In this document: positions 9,353-17,634 of the stretch, piece after piece | How positions within the stretch are numbered: position 1 is the first letter of the stretch | Layout of the letters: the number at the start of each line of letters is the position of its first letter | Assembly (NCBI GenBank): GCA_964390305.1 | Contig: CAYMHT010000001.1 | Span: 41-64,040 of the forward strand | Origin: an uncultured Anaerolineales bacterium | GTDB lineage: Bacteria; Chloroflexota; Anaerolineae; B4-G1 | Direction of reading: 5' to 3' | DNA length: 64,000 bases | Position numbers and translations under genes: made by a program | Notes under the pieces: generated by a model | Told to the model about the DNA's origin: nothing | Database searches by the model: none | Seen by the model: only the letters and a program-made list of their open reading frames with translations

Positions 9353-11418
9353 CTCCACCCACCCGACCGGAGACAGCCCCTGGTCCCCACCTCGAGCTTT
9401 GGCTGATGGTCGCGACCCTTGTCGTCGCGACTTTCTTCCGCTTCTATGCGCCCTGCACCATGCCGCCGGGGCCGTCGCACGACGAGCTCCGGATGATGGA
9501 TCTCGGCGAGATGATCGTCGAGGGAGAACGACCTATCCACTGGACGATAAGCTACAGCGCCGAGCCGCTCTTTATGTATCTGCTGGCGCTCGTTATGCCA
9601 GTATGGGGCTTCACCCCATTCGGGGCGCGCCTCGTGACGCGCTTCGCGGGTCTGCTGCTTATCCCCGTAGCGCACCGTCTGACGCGTCGTCTCTTTGGGC
9701 GGCGTATCGCGCTCTTCACCAGCGGTGTGCTCGCGGTGACCTGGTGGCCGTTATTCTTCAGCCGGGTGGCCCTCCGCGGTATCACGCTGCCACTGACCTT
9801 CACCGGCGCCATCATCTGCCTCTGGCGAGGTCTGGCTTTGGACGAGGACAGGACCCTCAGAACTCGGACTACTGCACACTGGGGATGGCTGGTTGGAGGC
9901 GGAGCGTTGACGGGGCTCACCTGGTATACGTTCACCGCTGCTCGAGGCCTAGCCATTCTGCTGCCGATGCTGTTGGTCTACCTGGGATTGCTGGGAGCCA
10001 TCCCCCTCGGCCAGCTTGGGCGCATCGCTCTCGTGACGCTAGTGATGGCATCCCTGGTCGCTGCCCCCTTCATCTACGAGATGCAGGTCCACCCAGGCGC
10101 ACCCGAGACACGCCTAGATCAGTTGGGGGGCGTCGTTGACCAACTGCTGGCCGGAAACCTCGTTCCCTTTGCGAAGCAGGCTCTGAATACAGCGGGCCTG
10201 TTCTTGGTGACAGGTGATCCAAACTGGCGCTATAACATCGCAGAGCGCCCGGTGTTTGGCCCACTGCTCGGAGCCATAGCCATCCTGGGTCTTGCGCTGA
10301 GCGTCGCCCACTGGCGGCAACCGCGCCACGCCCTCCTGATTCTGTGGCTGCTCCTGGGGGTTGCTCCTTCCGTCCTTACCCCCGAAGCGCCAAGCTTCGT
10401 GCGCGGAATAGGCACCCTGCCCGTGGTTGCGGTCTTCCCTGCAATTGGCGCTGTGGCCATCTGCGACTGGGTCGCGTTGCGCACGGGTCGAAGCCTTGCC
10501 AGGCTCGGTGCCGTCCTGGTCGTGGTCCTCATACCGCTCAACGGCCTGGTCACGTTCCGCGATTCGTTCTTCGTGTGGACAGCTCGACCAGAGGTGCGCG
10601 AGATCTATCAAGCTTCTCTTACCGAGGCGTTCCGTGACCTCAATCACAGCAACCTGGAGGGGCCGCTCTGGATCTCTGAACCCTTCCCTGATGACCGTCA
10701 CCTGCTGCTCGCCAAGCGGGTCCTCCATCGGAAGGCTATCGAACTGCGCTGGTTCGACGCCGATAGAGCGCTGATCCTGCCCCCTGCCAGTGGTGTCCGA
10801 CGCTATCTGCTCGCAGATTTCGCGGAACCCGACCAGAGGCTCTTTGCACGATGGATGGGCGACGCGACTGAGCTGCTCGAGCGGCACACGGATTCGCCCG
10901 CGTCAAAGACTTCAACGTACAGGCTTTACCAGGCTGTAGGAGGCCCTTGGGTAGAGGAGGAGCTCTCACAGATTGAAGCGCAGTCAACGGCGTCGCTCGA
11001 CCTTGAGACAGAGCGCCCTGTGACGCTGCCGTCTCGTTTCGAAGACGTAGCGACGATGCTGGGGTATGAACTGGTGGACGATAGGTTGGCGCCTGAGGAC
11101 CAGGTTCATGTCAGCCTCTACTGGCGTGTCCACAAGCCCGTCTATGAGCCAATCGCAAGCTTCGTCCACCTCCTCGACCAAGAGAATAACGTCGTCGGTC
11201 AATACGATGGCTTTGACGTCCCCCCTTGGCATTGGGAACCTGGCGCCGTCATCGCCCAGGTCTATCGCTTCACAATTGACGAGCACACTCGAGAGGGACC
11301 TCACTGGCTGGAAGCCGGTCTCTACCATTCGCAGACGATGGAGCGGCTGATGGTTGTCGACGAAGCAGGCTTCGTGCTTGGCGATCGGTTGGTGCTTCAA
11401 CGTGTCACGGTGCGATAG
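9349..11418 (+). CDS. GT39/ArnT-like GT-C glycosyltransferase (paralog P6) with one C-terminal repeat module
   Basis: PSHDELRMM DE motif. ArnT/PMT-like loop (ISYSAEPLFMYLLALVMPVWGFTPFGARLVTRFAGLL...RRLFG). C-terminal VSLYWRVHKP...SFVHLLDQEN...AGLYHSQTMERL. The ATG at 9349 overlaps the P5 stop (ATGA); the ORF-track start at 9280 would overlap P5 by 70 nt. Confidence 0.75.
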   Translation: MTPPTRPETAPGPHLELWLMVATLVVATFFRFYAPCTMPPGPSHDELRMMDLGEMIVEGERPIHWTISYSAEPLFMYLLALVMPVWGFTPFGARLVTRFAGLLLIPVAHRLTRRLFGRRIALFTSGVLAVTWWPLFFSRVALRGITLPLTFTGAIICLWRGLALDEDRTLRTRTTAHWGWLVGGGALTGLTWYTFTAARGLAILLPMLLVYLGLLGAIPLGQLGRIALVTLVMASLVAAPFIYEMQVHPGAPETRLDQLGGVVDQLLAGNLVPFAKQALNTAGLFLVTGDPNWRYNIAERPVFGPLLGAIAILGLALSVAHWRQPRHALLILWLLLGVAPSVLTPEAPSFVRGIGTLPVVAVFPAIGAVAICDWVALRTGRSLARLGAVLVVVLIPLNGLVTFRDSFFVWTARPEVREIYQASLTEAFRDLNHSNLEGPLWISEPFPDDRHLLLAKRVLHRKAIELRWFDADRALILPPASGVRRYLLADFAEPDQRLFARWMGDATELLERHTDSPASKTSTYRLYQAVGGPWVEEELSQIEAQSTASLDLETERPVTLPSRFEDVATMLGYELVDDRLAPEDQVHVSLYWRVHKPVYEPIASFVHLLDQENNVVGQYDGFDVPPWHWEPGAVIAQVYRFTIDEHTREGPHWLEAGLYHSQTMERLMVVDEAGFVLGDRLVLQRVTVR

Positions 11419-11595
11419 CTGTTCGGCCACGAAGCGCTGCTTGACCCTTGCCACTGTAGCGGTCATGCCGGGCAAAACCAGGGACCCCACTGGCCTATCC
11501 TTAACAAAACCAGGCCGTCTCATGGTCAGAGTGGCCGTCATCAGCTGCTCCTCAACCTCGAGTGACATGGATCGATCTCAGCCCAGACACCGACG

Positions 11596-11624
11596 TTGAC
11601 AAGAGGTCCATCCCATAGTAGAAT
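11596..11624 (+). promoter_or_regulatory. sigma70-type promoter: TTGACA, 17-nt spacer, TAGAAT
   Basis: TTGACA at 11596-11601 and TAGAAT at 11619-11624 with an exact 17-nt spacer, about 120 nt upstream of the ATG at 11743. Confidence 0.5.
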
Positions 11625-11742
11625 CGCGTCACTTGACCCCGTCACAGCTTGCCTCCTGCAAGCCAAGACGCTTCTGATAGAGCCACACCAGCCTCGTAGC
11701 ACCATGGCCGGCGAATGGTGCTCACGGGAAAGGAATACAGAG

Positions 11743-13203
11743 ATGAAACCGAGTACGACATCAATCAGGCGTGCCACGTGGATGTTGATGAGCGGTGCCT
11801 GTGGGCTCGCGCTCGTCGTAGGCTTGCTTCTGTTCGTTCGACTCCCGGTCCGAGCGAAGCCAGCGGCAGACCCGATGGGCGCAGGAGTGACTGTAGAGAA
11901 ATACGCAAACACGGACTTCGCAGACGCTGGAGACACCCTTACCTACACCATCAGCATCGGGAAGCTCGGAGCCGACGCAACGTCCGCCTGGCTCACGGAC
12001 GAGTTGCCCACCCAACTCACCTACGTCGCCGACAGCCTCACGGCTGTCGACAGCTTCGGCGACCACATTGGAACCTTCGGGGCAAGCAATGGCGTGATCA
12101 CCTGGCACGCACCCAGCCTGGCCGGCAACGTGTGGATCACCTTTAGCGCCCAGATTTCGTCAGAGACAGAGGCGGATATCGTCAATGTGGCTGAAGTCAC
12201 CGGGACCGGCGAGTTGATCACAGACTCCTGGAAGACACGCCTCGGTGGGGGCTTGATCTACATGCCCCTTATCGCGAGGCGGTGGCCACCTATACCTTAT
12301 GCCCCGATCCTGCATGAAATATCGAACCCAGACCGGCAGAGAGACTACACTGTCAACTGGGACTATGATTACGCCGAGCCCCCGGTGTTCTCGTACACGT
12401 TGCAGGAGGCGAGGAACGAGGGCTTCACCCAAGATGTGACTGACTTCCAGATCACCGCCCCCTCGTCATCGAAGAGCTTCGCCAATAAGGATGGCGGGAC
12501 GTATTACTACCGGGTGCGGGGCCACAATACATATGGACCAGGCCCGTGGAGTAACGTGGTACGGACGACAGTCTTCTACTACTTCGATGACTTCAGCGAC
12601 TACCAGAGTGGGTGGCCGCGAGAGTGGACCAGAACGCGCGGAGCTCTGTATCGGGTGCGTCCTTATGAACACCCCGCATGCCCAGGGTCCGACTGCAAGT
12701 ACGACGGAGGAGACGGCTATCTCATCGCACGCCGAAATGACGGTGAACCCTTTGCGCGGTTCGGCCCGAACGTAAAGGTGCCAGGAGCGGATTACGAGAT
12801 TACGCTAGACGCGCGCTGGTTCTCGTCCAACTTCTGGAACACCTACCAGATCTTCTTTGGATCCGACAAGTCGTTCGAGAAGTACTACGCTGTTCAGGTT
12901 CGCTACAGCTACGAAGGCTACTGTGCCTATTCCATTGTCAAGGACCGCGACGACAATTACCTGGAGGGGTGGTCGCACGCCACGGACATCAAGTGCCAGG
13001 CAGGGGATGACGCATCCCGGGATCACTGGAAGATCCGTCGCAAAGAGGGCAAAATCACTGTGTGGGTTAACAACGTGGCGCTAGGCACGTGGACCGACTG
13101 GTCTTATGGTGCTGACCGCTATTTCGGCGTGGGGGCCACGACCTACGAGTTCACCCCCTCTAAACCAGAGTTCGACAACTTCAGAGTCAGGCTGATAGAC
13201 TAG
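11743..13203 (+). CDS. Secreted or membrane-anchored surface protein with a signal/anchor, a DUF11-like repeat domain, an FN3-like domain and a C-terminal concanavalin/LamG-like (DUF1080-type) lectin or hydrolase-like domain
   Basis: N-terminus MKPSTTSIRRATWMLMSGACGLALVVGLLLF is a signal/anchor. DUF11-like segment (TVEKYANTDFADAGDTLTYTISI...VADSL). FN3-like segment (GTYYYRVRGHNTYGPGPWSNVVRTTV). C-terminus ...KITVWVNNVALGT...FDNFRVRLID resembles the DUF1080/LamG ending. GGAAAGGAA RBS before the ATG at 11743. The longer ORF start at 11596 lies inside the promoter. Confidence 0.65.
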   Translation: MKPSTTSIRRATWMLMSGACGLALVVGLLLFVRLPVRAKPAADPMGAGVTVEKYANTDFADAGDTLTYTISIGKLGADATSAWLTDELPTQLTYVADSLTAVDSFGDHIGTFGASNGVITWHAPSLAGNVWITFSAQISSETEADIVNVAEVTGTGELITDSWKTRLGGGLIYMPLIARRWPPIPYAPILHEISNPDRQRDYTVNWDYDYAEPPVFSYTLQEARNEGFTQDVTDFQITAPSSSKSFANKDGGTYYYRVRGHNTYGPGPWSNVVRTTVFYYFDDFSDYQSGWPREWTRTRGALYRVRPYEHPACPGSDCKYDGGDGYLIARRNDGEPFARFGPNVKVPGADYEITLDARWFSSNFWNTYQIFFGSDKSFEKYYAVQVRYSYEGYCAYSIVKDRDDNYLEGWSHATDIKCQAGDDASRDHWKIRRKEGKITVWVNNVALGTWTDWSYGADRYFGVGATTYEFTPSKPEFDNFRVRLID

Positions 13204-13225
13204 CGTGGGTTTCATTGTCATAGAC

Positions 13226-13252
13226 GGGGAGGCGCCGGGGCCTCCCCTTCTG
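13226..13252 (+). terminator. Possible intrinsic terminator hairpin after the surface-protein gene
   Basis: GGGGAGGC (13226-33), 6-nt loop, GCCTCCCC (13240-47), followed by TTCTG; the T-tract is weak. Confidence 0.3.
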
Positions 13253-13317
13253 CGTGATGTACGCCAGATGACAAGCCGAAGCCCCGTGCTGCCAAGTCCC
13301 GTCCCCTGGGCTCTCGC

Positions 13318-14280
13318 ATGAACAGAAGGACGCTGAACGGACTGCGCATACTGATCAGCGCGGGTGCGCTGATCTTCTTGTTCTGGAAGATCGTAACCCC
13401 AGATGAGACGTTCAGGGTCCTGAGCCGAGCCGACTTGCGATACGTCTTGGCGGGATTCCTCCTCTTCGCTGCCAGCCTGGTCATTCGCGCCTACCGCTGG
13501 ATCCTCTTGCTCCGCAGTCTCGACCCCAGCGTTCCGTTCTCTCGACTGGTCCGCCTCTACTTCGCCGGGCAGTTCTTCAGCAGCTTCCTTCCCACTCAGT
13601 TTGGCGGTGACGTGATGCGAGCGCTGGAGTTGACCGAGGACACCGACTCACCAGCCGCCGTCGGTACCGTCCTACTTGATCGCATGATCGGCCTGCTCAT
13701 TCTCTTTGTCATAGGACTGGCAGCACTCCCGTTCGTCGCCACGCGCATCGCGCCATGGTTGGCGTGGCTCCTGGTCATTGTGTCCGGCACGGGACTGGCA
13801 GCGGGGGTACTGGTGTTAGAGGGCCGCCTGCTGCGGAGGGTTTCTGCCTGGCTGCCGGATGCAGTATCCCTCTCGGGCGAAGGTCCTCTCGCCAAGACGT
13901 ATGCCGCAGTGACTGCCTGTGGGTGGCAGGCAGTAGCTGGTGCCTCCGCAGTCTCATTGGGGTTCAATATCCTCAACATCCTCATCAACTGGTTATCTGC
14001 GCAGGCAGTGGGTATAGGTACGGGTTTGGGATACTTCTTCGTCGTGACCCCGATCCTGTCCATCTCGGGTCTCATTCCTTCCATTGGCGGTTGGGGTGTG
14101 CGCGAAGCCGTGAGCACAGCCCTCTTCGCCCCAGTCGGTGTCGACGAGAGCGCGGCTGTGGCCCTTGGGATAACGCTCAATGGTATCACTCTGGCAACGG
14201 GTCTCGCCGGAGGGATCGTCTACGGTGTCGAGAGACTGACCGGCCTGAAGAAAGGGCACGAGACGCCGGAGTCTCAGTAA
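13318..14280 (+). CDS. Flippase-like domain membrane protein (UPF0104 / lysyl-PG-synthase TM-region family)
   Basis: About 8 TM helices. N-terminus RILISAGALIFLFWKI...RAYRWILLLRSL is typical of TIGR00374-type flippase-like proteins that accompany glycosyltransferases. Confidence 0.65.
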   Translation: MNRRTLNGLRILISAGALIFLFWKIVTPDETFRVLSRADLRYVLAGFLLFAASLVIRAYRWILLLRSLDPSVPFSRLVRLYFAGQFFSSFLPTQFGGDVMRALELTEDTDSPAAVGTVLLDRMIGLLILFVIGLAALPFVATRIAPWLAWLLVIVSGTGLAAGVLVLEGRLLRRVSAWLPDAVSLSGEGPLAKTYAAVTACGWQAVAGASAVSLGFNILNILINWLSAQAVGIGTGLGYFFVVTPILSISGLIPSIGGWGVREAVSTALFAPVGVDESAAVALGITLNGITLATGLAGGIVYGVERLTGLKKGHETPESQ

Positions 14281-14281
14281 G

Positions 14282-15082
14282 ATGATCACCAGCTCAAGCA
14301 ACGATAGAGTCAAGTACGTACGAAAGCTGCAGAGCCAGAGCAGCACCCGCCACCGTGATCGGCGCTTCGTGCTGGAGGGCGTGCGACTGGTTGAGGAGGT
14401 GGTTCGCGCCAGCCTCGTCCCAACCCTGGTGTTCTACACGGAGACCCTCGCCAACGAGCCTCGGGGCAAGGCCCTGCTGGTCACACTGCAGGCCCTGGAC
14501 GCGCCCTGCTACGCCGTGAGCGAATCGGTGATGGACGACTGCTCGGACACCGTGACGCCCCAGGGCATCCTCGTCGTCTTGCCTATCCCCCGGCTTTCGG
14601 CTCCAGACCCCCTCACACTTGCGGTGATCGTCGACCGTCTGCGAGACCCGGGCAACCTGGGAACCCTCCTTCGCACTGCCCTCGCCGCTGGCGTGGAGCA
14701 GGTCCTGTTGGCACCTGGGACGGTCGATTTCACGAACCCGAAGGTGGTACGATCGGCCATGGGGGCCCACCTTCGTCTTCCGATGGGAGATGCCGACTGG
14801 GACATCATTGCCCAAGCAGTCGCCGAGTGCGACGTGTGGCTGGCGGCGGGTGGCGCACGAAGGCGGTACACAGAGGTCGATTGGACGCGTCCCGCGGCAC
14901 TGATCATTGGGAGCGAGGCTCACGGGGCCGGGGAGAAGGCCCGGGAGCTCGCCGACGGTCGTGTCTCTATCCCCATCAGGCCGGCGGTCGAGTCACTCAA
15001 CGCAGCGATGGCCGCGGCGATCATCCTCTTCGAGGCAGTGCGTCAAAGAGGTTCGGCGGTGCCTGGGCGAAGCTCAGCTTGA
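14282..15082 (+). CDS. TrmH/SpoU-family RNA 2'-O-methyltransferase (RlmB-like)
   Basis: SpoU methylase motifs (DPGNLGTLLRTA, LIIGSEAHG, SLNAAMAAAIILFE). The start lies 2 nt after the upstream stop. Confidence 0.85.
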   Translation: MITSSSNDRVKYVRKLQSQSSTRHRDRRFVLEGVRLVEEVVRASLVPTLVFYTETLANEPRGKALLVTLQALDAPCYAVSESVMDDCSDTVTPQGILVVLPIPRLSAPDPLTLAVIVDRLRDPGNLGTLLRTALAAGVEQVLLAPGTVDFTNPKVVRSAMGAHLRLPMGDADWDIIAQAVAECDVWLAAGGARRRYTEVDWTRPAALIIGSEAHGAGEKARELADGRVSIPIRPAVESLNAAMAAAIILFEAVRQRGSAVPGRSSA

Positions 15083-15205
15083 CGACAGGCACGTGGGAGC
15101 GACCGGACGAATCGACGACGGAACCGTCGATCAGCATCCGCCCCTCCCCCCGGTATGATCCTCCTTCACGCCTTTCACCCTAAGACAAACACGCCCCCCG
15201 ACCAA

Positions 15206-15233
15206 TTGACAGGCGACATGAGACATCTATAAT
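15206..15233 (+). promoter_or_regulatory. sigma70-type promoter: TTGACA, 16-nt spacer, TATAAT
   Basis: Consensus hexamers at 15206-11 and 15228-33, about 17 nt upstream of the GT4 gene ATG at 15250 (very short leader). Confidence 0.55.
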
Positions 15234-15249
15234 TCCGTCGGAATCTGGT

Positions 15250-16359
15250 ATGCGAATTGGCATTGACGCTCGGATTGCTTACTACTCCCACGGTGGAATC
15301 CGCAGCTACGTCGTCCATCTAGTGGACGCCCTGGCAGGTCTGGACGGCGAGACGGATTATCGCATCCTGTATAGCCGCAACGATCGTGAGGTATCGCCAT
15401 CAGGCTCCAACTTCCGCCCCGTCCCCTGCTGGACACCTTCTCACCATCGTTTCGAGCGCTGGGCGCTGGGCATAGAGATATCCCGGTTGGGTCTGGACCT
15501 GTTGCACACCCCAGACTTCATACCTCCAGCCTTCGGTTACGATCGCTCGGTCATCACGATCCACGACCTCAATTTCCTCTACTACCCGCGGTTTCTCACG
15601 GCTGAGAGCCGTCGATACTACAACGATCAGATTGAGTGGGCTGTCCGGCGCACGGACCACATTCTGGTCGACTCACGGGCCACGAAGACCGACCTCACCT
15701 CGGTCCTCGGAGTCCCATGCGAAAAGGTCACGGTTGTTCACCTGGCCGCAGATCCCTCTTTCCACCCGGTTTCGGACGAGGACGCGCGCGAAGTTGCCGC
15801 GCGGTACGCTCTCGAGCCTGGTTTCCTCCTGTTCGTGGGGACCCTGGAGCCGAGAAAGAACCTCCCCGGCCTGTTACGTGCCTATCGAATTCTCCTGGAC
15901 GAGGACGTGACAGCCCAGCCGCTGGTCCTCGTGGGTAGCAAGGGCTGGCTGTATGAAGAGATCTTCGATCGCGTCGAGACGTTGGATTTGAGCAAGCAGG
16001 TCCGCTTTCTGCATGGGGTACCCGATGCTGATCTGCCAGGGCTCTACAACGCGGCCAGCGTCCTGGCGACCCCTTCATTTTACGAGGGGTTTGGTCTACC
16101 CCCCTTAGAAGCGATGTCCTGTGGCACGCCAGTCGTCGTCGCAGACCGGGCGTCTTTGCCCGAGGTGGTGGGGGACTCAGGGGTCTTCATCGACCCCGAA
16201 GATCCCGATGACATCGCACGGGCATTACAGCGTGTTCTGACGGAGGAGTCGCTCCGCGACAGGATGCGAGAGCTGGGACTGGAGAGGGCCTCTAGATTCA
16301 GCTGGAAGCGCGTGGCTCAGGAGACGCTGGATGTCTATCGTGAGGTACTCAGTCGATGA
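15250..16359 (+). CDS. Glycosyltransferase family 4 (GT-B, RfaG-like)
   Basis: GT4 C-terminal signature (EPRKNL...FYEGFGLPPLEAMSCGTPVVVADRASLPEVVGD). Confidence 0.85.
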   Translation: MRIGIDARIAYYSHGGIRSYVVHLVDALAGLDGETDYRILYSRNDREVSPSGSNFRPVPCWTPSHHRFERWALGIEISRLGLDLLHTPDFIPPAFGYDRSVITIHDLNFLYYPRFLTAESRRYYNDQIEWAVRRTDHILVDSRATKTDLTSVLGVPCEKVTVVHLAADPSFHPVSDEDAREVAARYALEPGFLLFVGTLEPRKNLPGLLRAYRILLDEDVTAQPLVLVGSKGWLYEEIFDRVETLDLSKQVRFLHGVPDADLPGLYNAASVLATPSFYEGFGLPPLEAMSCGTPVVVADRASLPEVVGDSGVFIDPEDPDDIARALQRVLTEESLRDRMRELGLERASRFSWKRVAQETLDVYREVLSR

Positions 16360-17564
16360 GGATTCTGTTCCTCACGCCTCAGTTGCCGTACCCACCTCAG
16401 AAGGGCACCGCGTTACGCAACTGGGGGTTGATCCACGGACTCGCGCCGCGACACGAACTGAGCTTGCTCTCGTTCCGTGCGCCAGAAGAGGACACAGGGC
16501 TTCCACAGCCGCTCGTCGATGCCTGTGAGCAAGTGAAGACCGTACCCCAGCCGGGGCGGTCGCTGCGCGAGCGACTGCGGGACATGCTCGCGACCCGCCG
16601 CCCAGACATGGCACTGCGCCTCAAGTCAGACGTCTACGCTCAGCGGCTGGCTGACTGGCTGGCGCGAGAGTCCTTCGACGTTGTGCAGATCGAGGGGATT
16701 GAGTTGGCCCCTTATATCGATGTCATCGACGCAGTCGCTCAGGACCCCCTGGTCGTCTTCGATGACCACAATTGCGAATATGTCCTTCAGCGACGGGTGT
16801 TCTTCACCGATTTGCGCTCGCCCGCTCGCTGGACAGGAGCAGCCTATTCCTGCGTGCAGTGGTTGCGGCTACGTCACTACGAGGCCCAGGTCTGTCGGCG
16901 CGCCGACCAGGTATTGGCCGTCTCGGAGGCAGATGCGGATGCTCTGCGAAGGCTGGTCCCTGAGCTCGACCCAAGTGTGGTCCCCAATGGAATCGACACG
17001 AGCCGGTATCGTCCCAGCCCCGTCGAGACGCCCAGTGGAAAGGACTCACTGGTTTTTACCGGGACAATGGACTTCCGACCGAACGTCGACGCTGTGCTGT
17101 GGTTCGCGAGAGAGACGTTGCCCCTGATACAAGCGGAGATCCCCGACGTCCATTTCACCGTCGTCGGGCAGCGGCCTCACCGGCGTCTGGACCCGTTGAA
17201 GAGAAACCCAAGCGTGACGCTGACTGGCCGGGTTGAGGACGTGCGGCCCTACATCGCCGATGCGACGCTCTATGTAGCGCCGCTGCGCATGGGCGGGGGG
17301 ACCCGGCTCAAGCTGTTGGAAGCCATGGCCATGGGAAAGGCGATCGTCGCCACGCGTCTGGGGGCGGAGGGATACCCGGTCACTAACGGCGACGAGCTGG
17401 TCTTGGCCGACACGCCGACTGACTTCGCTGAGCGCGTGATCGGCCTGTTGCGGTCGCCGGACCGTCGTGCCGCAGTGGGAAAGACCGCCCGCGCTTTTGT
17501 GGAACGGCGATACGACTGGCACGTGATCGTACCTCTGGTGGAGAGAGTCTACCCTACAGACTAG
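16356..17564 (+). CDS. Glycosyltransferase family 4 (GT-B)
   Basis: GT4 signature (...GGTRLKLLEAMAMGKAIVATRLGAEG...). ATGA overlap with the upstream GT4. Confidence 0.85.
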   Translation: MRILFLTPQLPYPPQKGTALRNWGLIHGLAPRHELSLLSFRAPEEDTGLPQPLVDACEQVKTVPQPGRSLRERLRDMLATRRPDMALRLKSDVYAQRLADWLARESFDVVQIEGIELAPYIDVIDAVAQDPLVVFDDHNCEYVLQRRVFFTDLRSPARWTGAAYSCVQWLRLRHYEAQVCRRADQVLAVSEADADALRRLVPELDPSVVPNGIDTSRYRPSPVETPSGKDSLVFTGTMDFRPNVDAVLWFARETLPLIQAEIPDVHFTVVGQRPHRRLDPLKRNPSVTLTGRVEDVRPYIADATLYVAPLRMGGGTRLKLLEAMAMGKAIVATRLGAEGYPVTNGDELVLADTPTDFAERVIGLLRSPDRRAAVGKTARAFVERRYDWHVIVPLVERVYPTD

Positions 17565-17583
17565 CCAGCCATCCAAAGCAAAA

Positions 17584-17617
17584 GGGGCCACCGATGGCAT
17601 CGGTGGCCCCTCTTTCC
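17584..17617. terminator. Bidirectional intrinsic terminator between the convergent GT4 and clpC genes
   Basis: 13-bp inverted repeat GGGGCCACCGATG / CATCGGTGGCCCC (17584-17610) followed by TCTTTCC and preceded by CAAAGCAAAA, giving T-tracts on both strands. Confidence 0.55.
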
Positions 17618-17634
17618 ATTCACGTCTCGAAGGG

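Noticed and set aside
10984-11568. 194-aa minus-strand ORF overlapping the P6 3' end and the downstream intergenic region
   Set aside because: Most of it is antisense to the conserved C-terminal repeat module of P6. It has no RBS and no motif.
11596-11742. Longer N-terminal extension of the surface-protein ORF (ORF-track start at 11596)
   Set aside because: That start sits inside the -35 hexamer of the predicted promoter and upstream of the likely transcription start. The ATG at 11743 has a GGAAAGGAA RBS and begins a canonical signal/anchor sequence.
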